64,000 nt of DNA, from IMG/VR virus record IMGVR_UViG_3300043418_000226; one strand, 5' to 3'. Made by a program: the position numbers and the translations under genes. The first letter of the stretch is position 1, and every line of letters begins with the position of its first letter. This stretch comes from a virus (Duplodnaviria > Heunggongvirae > Uroviricota > Caudoviricetes). Shown here one piece after another: positions 58,316 to 64,000 of the stretch. The notes under the pieces were generated by a model that ran no database searches, had not been told where the DNA came from, and saw nothing but the letters and a program-made list of their open reading frames with translations.

Positions 58316-59065
58316 ATGGTTTTTACATTTTACGAGGTAGGAGGGAAAATACGTGACGAAATTCTTGGATTAGAATCTAAGGATGTTGATTATGTTGCAG
58401 TACCACACGAAACATTATTAGAACAACACACAGAAGCAGAGGATATGTTTAACGTCTTGGTTGATTATTTGACTAGAGAAGGGTTTACCATTTTCCTTAT
58501 AACTGCAAATTGTTTCACCGTTAGGGCAATGTTTCCTAAAGGACATAAGTACACGGGTGTTGCGGACTTCGTAATGGCCCGTAAAGAGATTGGGTATGTC
58601 GAAGGTACAAGAACACCTATCGTTAAACCAGGGTCATTATATGACGATTTAGAACGTAGAGATTTTACCTTAAATGCGTTGGCTAAAGGTGAGGACGGAG
58701 TTATAATTGACTACTTCAATGGACAATTGGATTTAGAGAGAGGAATACTTAGAACTCCATTAGATGCAAACGTAACAATGATGGACGACCCATTGAGAAT
58801 TCTGAGAGCATTACGTTTTTCAATTACTAAAGGGTTTGACATTCATCCGGATATCTACCAAGCAATGGAACAACCAAACATACTTAAGAAATTAGAATTG
58901 ACGGTTAGTGGTGAGAGAATTAGGGAAGAATTAATTAAAATGTTTAAACACGATACTGTCAAAACACTTAGACGTTTGGACGATATTGATGAAAATGTTG
59001 TTAATGGGTTTCATGAAATAATTTTTAATAATGGATTGTGGTTAAAACCAACATTTGAACAATAA
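58316..59065 (+). CDS. cca: tRNA nucleotidyltransferase (CCA-adding / poly(A) polymerase family)
   Basis: VGG.IRD..DVD, DLERRDFTLNALA, DDPLRILRALRF, ERIREEL. Confidence 0.85.
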   Translation: MVFTFYEVGGKIRDEILGLESKDVDYVAVPHETLLEQHTEAEDMFNVLVDYLTREGFTIFLITANCFTVRAMFPKGHKYTGVADFVMARKEIGYVEGTRTPIVKPGSLYDDLERRDFTLNALAKGEDGVIIDYFNGQLDLERGILRTPLDANVTMMDDPLRILRALRFSITKGFDIHPDIYQAMEQPNILKKLELTVSGERIREELIKMFKHDTVKTLRRLDDIDENVVNGFHEIIFNNGLWLKPTFEQ

Positions 59066-59259
59066 TGACACAGGACCAATTCAATAGAGCGGAACAAATC
59101 TTAGAACAAATATCTAAGTTGAAAAGATTAAGAGGACGAATACTCAACACACACAAAAAACATAAGAACGATGTGGAGATGATGGAAGTGATGAACGATT
59201 GTTTAAGTGCTGTAGATGTATTAATTGAAATTGACGAAAAAAAATTTAAAGATTTATAA
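59065..59259 (+). CDS. Hypothetical protein
   Basis: Coupled ORF. Confidence 0.5.
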   Translation: MTQDQFNRAEQILEQISKLKRLRGRILNTHKKHKNDVEMMEVMNDCLSAVDVLIEIDEKKFKDL

Positions 59260-59260
59260 C

Positions 59261-61171
59261 ATGAGTAAATTCACCCCTAGCAAATATCAAAAAGATATTT
59301 TTAATTTTATTAAAAATGGTACAGAGAATGCTATAATTTCTGCCGTTGCTGGTAGTGGTAAGACTACAACTTTAGTTAAAGCACTTGAACAGATTCCGTC
59401 TAATAAGACGGTGCTGTTCTTGGCGTTTAATAAAAGTATTGCCGATGAATTAAAAGTGAGGGTTCCACAAACAAGTAACATTACGGTTAAGACTGTACAT
59501 GGTTTTGGATATTCTGTTTTAAGGAATCAATTCGAAGTGGAAATCGATAATAAAAAATACGGTAAGATGTTGAAGGACATTATATCGTTCCACACAAATA
59601 AAACCAAGTCGTCAATTGAGAAATACAAATTCGATAAAACACATTTAGGTTACATTTCTAAAATGGCATCGGCAGTTAAAACTGATGAAGGTGACAATAA
59701 AGATTTCTTCGGTGACGTTATTAACTTAACTAACTTAGGGAGATTACATTTGATTGACACAGAAATTAAATTAAATGGTATCGAGAAACTAAATGAATTA
59801 GCGAGAATACATTCAGTTGGAAATGAGGATGGTGAGAGTGAAGTTGCATGGTACCTAATCAAATTAGGTTCAACTTATGTAAGCGAAATTGATTACACTG
59901 ACATGGTGTACTTACCAAACGTTCTTCATGTTCTTCAAACTGAAGTTTACGATTTTGTTTTCATCGATGAGTGTCAAGATTTGAATACATGTCAAAGACA
60001 TTTGATGGAGAAAGCAATCAAACCTGAGACAGGTAGATTCATTGCCGTTGGTGACCCTAAACAGGCCATCTATGGTTTCGCAGGTGCCGACTACGAATCA
60101 TTTAAAAAGTTATGTGACATTCCAAACACAATACAATTACCATTGTCGGTTACATATCGTTGTGGTACCAGTATTATTGATATGATTAAACACATTAATC
60201 CATTCATTAAGACGGTCACTAAGGCAAGGGCGGGTGAAGTAATTCATCAGTTCTCATATAAGAATATTGAAGACGGAGACATGGTTCTTTGTCGACAAAC
60301 GTTTCCGGTTGTGTCATTGTGTATTAAACTTTTGAGTGAAGGTAAACGAGCTTACATTGTTGGTTCGGATATTGGTTTATCATTAATAAAAATGATTGGA
60401 GATTGTCAAAGAGTTTCCGAGGAGTTTAATATGACAAATGTATTCTCAAGATTATACAATGAGAAATCAAAGATAATCGAGAAATTAATGAAGAACCATA
60501 ACATCTCAAAATCAGAGGCGTTAGAAGATTCATTTGTTATTATGTACAATGAGAAGATACAAGTAATCGAAGCACTATCAAAAGATATTACTGACCCGAA
60601 TGAGGTCATTGCAAAAATTCATGGTATATTCTCCGACACTAAAAAGGTTGGGATTTGTTTAAGTACAATTCACAAGTCTAAAGGTCTCGAATCTGATAGG
60701 GTATTCATTTTACAACGTGAGTTAATGCCATCAAAGTACGCAACTCTACCATGGCAAATGGAACAGGAAGATAACCTTATGTACGTTGCATACACAAGAG
60801 CAAAGAACACATTAGGTTTCATTAGTGACTACGACGCTTGGAAGACACATAAGTCTGAAAGTGAGAATGTAGTTCCGGTTATGGAAAGTAAACATATCGG
60901 TGCAGTTGGTATGAAAATGAATTTGAAACTTACGGTTTTAAACATTAAGAAGATAGACGGACAGTACGGTGAGACGTTGATATACGAAATGAAAGACGAT
61001 AAGAATAATATCTTCTCAAAGTTCGGTGAGATTAATCCAAGATTCCTAAGTGAAGGTAATGAGAAAGAAGTTAAAGTAGGTTCATCATTAAACTTTTATG
61101 GTATTATATCCGGTCATTCGGAATTCAGAGGAACTAAAAACACTAAAATCGGGAGAATATCTCAACACTAA
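59261..61171 (+). CDS. UvrD/Rep-like SF1 helicase with C-terminal OB-like extension
   Basis: AVAGSGKTT, IDECQD, VGDPKQAIYGF, STIHKSKGLE, YVAYTRAK. Confidence 0.9.
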   Translation: MSKFTPSKYQKDIFNFIKNGTENAIISAVAGSGKTTTLVKALEQIPSNKTVLFLAFNKSIADELKVRVPQTSNITVKTVHGFGYSVLRNQFEVEIDNKKYGKMLKDIISFHTNKTKSSIEKYKFDKTHLGYISKMASAVKTDEGDNKDFFGDVINLTNLGRLHLIDTEIKLNGIEKLNELARIHSVGNEDGESEVAWYLIKLGSTYVSEIDYTDMVYLPNVLHVLQTEVYDFVFIDECQDLNTCQRHLMEKAIKPETGRFIAVGDPKQAIYGFAGADYESFKKLCDIPNTIQLPLSVTYRCGTSIIDMIKHINPFIKTVTKARAGEVIHQFSYKNIEDGDMVLCRQTFPVVSLCIKLLSEGKRAYIVGSDIGLSLIKMIGDCQRVSEEFNMTNVFSRLYNEKSKIIEKLMKNHNISKSEALEDSFVIMYNEKIQVIEALSKDITDPNEVIAKIHGIFSDTKKVGICLSTIHKSKGLESDRVFILQRELMPSKYATLPWQMEQEDNLMYVAYTRAKNTLGFISDYDAWKTHKSESENVVPVMESKHIGAVGMKMNLKLTVLNIKKIDGQYGETLIYEMKDDKNNIFSKFGEINPRFLSEGNEKEVKVGSSLNFYGIISGHSEFRGTKNTKIGRISQH

Positions 61172-61174
61172 ATT

Positions 61175-61498
61175 ATGGATAAAGAATATATTTTATGTGC
61201 AGCAATTTGGTGTAAAGAAATTCCATTGAAAAAAGTTATACCTGGAGTTTTACCAGTAAACTGTGACAGAGGAATTGTAGTGACAGGTCACAGACATGGT
61301 CAGTGTATATGGACAATTGGTTGTTTAACTGGTTTACGTGCAGTTACATTTGCTGAAGATGGAATTGGAGAAAATGAACAAGGATTCTTAACAAATAAAA
61401 ATAGATTTGTTAGTAGATCCGAAGGTGCGGACATTGCATTTGCCGCAGGACAAATAGAAAATCAAAAAGAAACGTTATATAGTGAGGATTTATATTAA
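61175..61498 (+). CDS. Conserved phage hypothetical protein
   Basis: CAAIW..GHRH..QGFLT..RFVSR..LYSEDLY. Confidence 0.65.
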   Translation: MDKEYILCAAIWCKEIPLKKVIPGVLPVNCDRGIVVTGHRHGQCIWTIGCLTGLRAVTFAEDGIGENEQGFLTNKNRFVSRSEGADIAFAAGQIENQKETLYSEDLY

Positions 61499-61530
61499 AT
61501 AATCCCTATATTTGCCTAAATTATATTAAA

Positions 61531-62037
61531 ATGAGTAATAGAACATATAGAATGTACGGGTTAGTCCCTTACAACATTAGTCCAATCCAACAAGGTATCC
61601 AATTCGGACATGCTGTAGTTGAATATGGTTTGCAATTTGGTACCATTCCGGAATACCAAAAATGGGCTAAACAAGACAAAACCTTTATCATCTTGAATGG
61701 TGGTACAACCAACACAAGATTCAATATTGAAGATGGGTTACCATTTGGTTCATTAAATAATCACCTATTGACTCTTGTATTAAATAAGACACAAGTTGCA
61801 ACTTTCTTTGAACCAGATTTAGGTGACCAATTAACTGCCATTGTTTTTTTAGTTGACGATAGAGTTTTTGATAAGAAAAATTGGCCAGATTATGAAGGAC
61901 CATATCTTGACGACATGAATTCAATTCCTGTTACTTCATTCTATAATGAATGGTTGAATAAATTCTCAACTATTAGGTCTGAAGCTGAGAACATTTTATT
62001 TTTGAGAGATTATTTGAAACAATTTAGATTCGCATAA
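61531..62037 (+). CDS. Peptidyl-tRNA hydrolase type 2-like
   Basis: QQGIQFGHAV..TFIILN..FFEPDLGDQLTAI; TATATTTG promoter at 61507. Confidence 0.65.
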   Translation: MSNRTYRMYGLVPYNISPIQQGIQFGHAVVEYGLQFGTIPEYQKWAKQDKTFIILNGGTTNTRFNIEDGLPFGSLNNHLLTLVLNKTQVATFFEPDLGDQLTAIVFLVDDRVFDKKNWPDYEGPYLDDMNSIPVTSFYNEWLNKFSTIRSEAENILFLRDYLKQFRFA

Positions 62038-62038
62038 G

Positions 62039-62365
62039 ATGAATTTTTTTAATAAACCAAAACCGATGTCGACACTATCTCGAATAGAGAAGTTAAACGA
62101 ATACAAAAAGAAAAGAAACGTGTACTATTATGAATTGATTAAATCAATCATGGACGGTGCTGTTAGTCAATGTACTAGTGTCGTTCTTTTGGAACCAATT
62201 AAAAATCATTATCCACATTATTCATATAATGGTGTTATGATTTATTATGATGAAGATATACATAAAATGTTATTAGAAGATGATATCGCAGCATATGCGG
62301 ATTCAAGTAATCACATTGTTGTAACGGTGGACCCACAAAGAGTTTCACAATTTAAAAAGAAATAA
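62039..62365 (+). CDS. Hypothetical protein
   Basis: Coupled ORF. Confidence 0.5.
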   Translation: MNFFNKPKPMSTLSRIEKLNEYKKKRNVYYYELIKSIMDGAVSQCTSVVLLEPIKNHYPHYSYNGVMIYYDEDIHKMLLEDDIAAYADSSNHIVVTVDPQRVSQFKKK

Positions 62366-62366
62366 G

Positions 62367-62513
62367 ATGAGTAATTTAAAAATTAATATTAGATTTCTTA
62401 AATGGCATTTTCAGGTAACAACCGAATGGAAATGTTCATGGACATATAACGATTACCATAAAAATTTGGACCATGGATGGTTCGACATTTGTGAATTTAA
62501 ACCATTTAAATAA
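62367..62513 (+). CDS. Small hypothetical protein (48 aa); not in ORF track
   Basis: MSNLKINIRFLKWHFQV..FDICEFKPFK, fills the gap exactly. Confidence 0.5.
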   Translation: MSNLKINIRFLKWHFQVTTEWKCSWTYNDYHKNLDHGWFDICEFKPFK

Positions 62514-62514
62514 G

Positions 62515-63324
62515 ATGAAAGACGCATTAGGAGATAGAATGAAAAATTTCTATGAGGACAGAACAAGATTTAAATTAGCGAGAAGAACTAATACAATAAT
62601 TCGTATTGACGGTAAGGCATTTCACACATATACTAAAGGTTTACCAAGACCATTCGATTCTGGTTTAATTGAGGATATGAATAACACTACTGCTTACCTT
62701 TGTAAAAACATACAAGGTGTTAAGTTTGGTTATGTTCAATCAGATGAGATTAGTTTATTGTTAACAGATTATGATACTCAGGATACGCACTCATGGTTTG
62801 ACAGTAACCTACAGAAAATGTGTAGTGTTGCATCATCTATGGCAACATCAGAGTTTAATCGACTAAGATTGATTAGAAAATGTATGGGTGGAGACATTGA
62901 GGGTTACGTTGATGCAATCGATTTGTCAGAATTCAAAATGGCAGAATTTGATGCACGTGTATTCCAAATACCATCGTCAATTGAAGTGGAAAACTATTTT
63001 ATTTGGAGACAACAAGATGCCACACGTAATAGTATTTCATCAGTCGCTCAAAGTCTATATTCACCTAAACAATTGAATGGTGTTAAGACAGATAAGATGC
63101 AAGAAATGATTTTCCAAAAGGGAATCAATTGGAATGACTATTCGTATCGTGAAAAACGAGGAACCGTTATTACTAAAGTAAAGGAAACAACCACAACACC
63201 ACTTCCTAATATTAGTGGTGAAGTAACGTACACAAGAAACAAATGGAAAGCAGTGGAAACACCAATCTTTTCACAAGATAGAGAATTTATTAAATCAATC
63301 ATGACAAATGAAAGTAATCAGTAA
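62515..63324 (+). CDS. thg1: tRNA(His) guanylyltransferase Thg1-like (3'-5' polymerase)
   Basis: RMKNFYE, RIDGKAFHTYT, YVQSDEISL, FDARV, YFIWRQQDATRNSI. Confidence 0.9.
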   Translation: MKDALGDRMKNFYEDRTRFKLARRTNTIIRIDGKAFHTYTKGLPRPFDSGLIEDMNNTTAYLCKNIQGVKFGYVQSDEISLLLTDYDTQDTHSWFDSNLQKMCSVASSMATSEFNRLRLIRKCMGGDIEGYVDAIDLSEFKMAEFDARVFQIPSSIEVENYFIWRQQDATRNSISSVAQSLYSPKQLNGVKTDKMQEMIFQKGINWNDYSYREKRGTVITKVKETTTTPLPNISGEVTYTRNKWKAVETPIFSQDREFIKSIMTNESNQ

Positions 63325-63529
63325 CACAAAAACAGAAAAATACGAAGAACTTGTAGTAGAAGATACTTGGTTCTTATTTTTTAAACGTAGGTCGACTTAC
63401 AGAAGATATACGGAAAAGGATGGTGCAAAACGAACATCCACATTCCAATATTACGGAGACAACAATTTCCGTGAGTTAGGTATGTTTGAACATTATCTTA
63501 TTGCCGATTTATTCAGAGTAATATTATAA
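63308..63529 (+). CDS. Hypothetical protein
   Basis: Coupled ORF. Confidence 0.5.
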   Translation: MKVISNTKTEKYEELVVEDTWFLFFKRRSTYRRYTEKDGAKRTSTFQYYGDNNFRELGMFEHYLIADLFRVIL

Positions 63530-63532
63530 AAG

Positions 63533-64000
63533 ATGGAAAGAAAATTAGCAACACTCAAAACAATTGAAAACATTTTACCAATCGAAGGTGCGGATAAAAT
63601 TGAACTGGCAGTTGTTGGTGGATGGAAAGTAGTCGTAGGTAAAGACGTTGGTCACAAAGTAGGTGACATGGTTGTTTACTGTGAAGTAGATTCATTCTTA
63701 CCTATTAAAGAAGAGTTTGAATTCTTACGTAAGAGTTCTTACAAAAAAATGGGAGACTTAGAAGGATTCCGTTTAAAAACTATTAAACTTCGTGGACAAC
63801 TTTCACAAGGATTAATCTTACCTTTAGTTGAAACGTTCGGTGATTTTTCATGGACAGCATACGAAGGGTTAGATGTTACGGAACGTTTAGGTATTATTAA
63901 ATATGAACCACCAATCCCCGCTGAACTTGCAGGTCAAGTTATCGGAGGGTTCCCATCGTTCATTAGAAAGACAGATGAGGAAAGAATTCAAAACCTATCC
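63533..64000 (+). CDS. RNA ligase (DRB0094/Rnl2-like family), 3'-truncated by window end
   Basis: MERKLA..PIEGADKIELA.V.GW.VVV..VYCEVDSFLP..KLRGQLSQGL..FPSFIRKTDEERIQN. Confidence 0.85.
   Translation, partial: MERKLATLKTIENILPIEGADKIELAVVGGWKVVVGKDVGHKVGDMVVYCEVDSFLPIKEEFEFLRKSSYKKMGDLEGFRLKTIKLRGQLSQGLILPLVETFGDFSWTAYEGLDVTERLGIIKYEPPIPAELAGQVIGGFPSFIRKTDEERIQNLS

Noticed and set aside
1408-63076. Numerous short antisense or alternate-frame ORFs in the track (e.g. 1408-1632, 4966-5244, 34267-34668, 59287-59481)
   Set aside because: They are nested within well-supported genes and show no motifs; likely shadow ORFs
1-64000. Stop-codon reassignment (common in some large Bacteroidota phages)
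   Set aside because: Code 11 gives full-length, tightly coupled ORFs; TAG and TGA terminate intact genes
1-64000. CRISPR array, tRNA or rRNA genes
   Set aside because: No regularly spaced direct repeats or cloverleaf/T-loop signatures seen in the few intergenic gaps

Overview
AT-rich, gene-dense segment of a large (jumbo/mega-type, T4-like) dsDNA phage using the standard code. The host is most likely Bacteroidota: several TTTG-N19-20-TAnnTTTG promoters are present and Shine-Dalgarno sites are largely absent. Positions 1-31 kb form a large tailoring/glycosylation island made of two convergent operons. It holds seven tandem radical SAM enzymes, a carbamoyltransferase, a compact PAPS/sulfation module, three 2OG-Fe(II) oxygenases and many glycosyltransferases. 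It also holds a striking protein in which a circularly permuted ATP-grasp-like domain is fused to two Hint domains flanking the hexapeptide PIRGVS. Positions 31-64 kb carry nucleotide-metabolism genes (a thyA physically split by a GIY-YIG endonuclease, DHFR), DNA methyltransferases, an Acb1-like 2H phosphoesterase, lysins, PcfJ-like proteins, SpeD, a candidate ~190-nt structured RNA and a tRNA/RNA repair set (CCA enzyme, Thg1, Pth2, RNA ligase, HAD and metallophosphoesterases). Family calls come from motif recognition only; no database searches were run.
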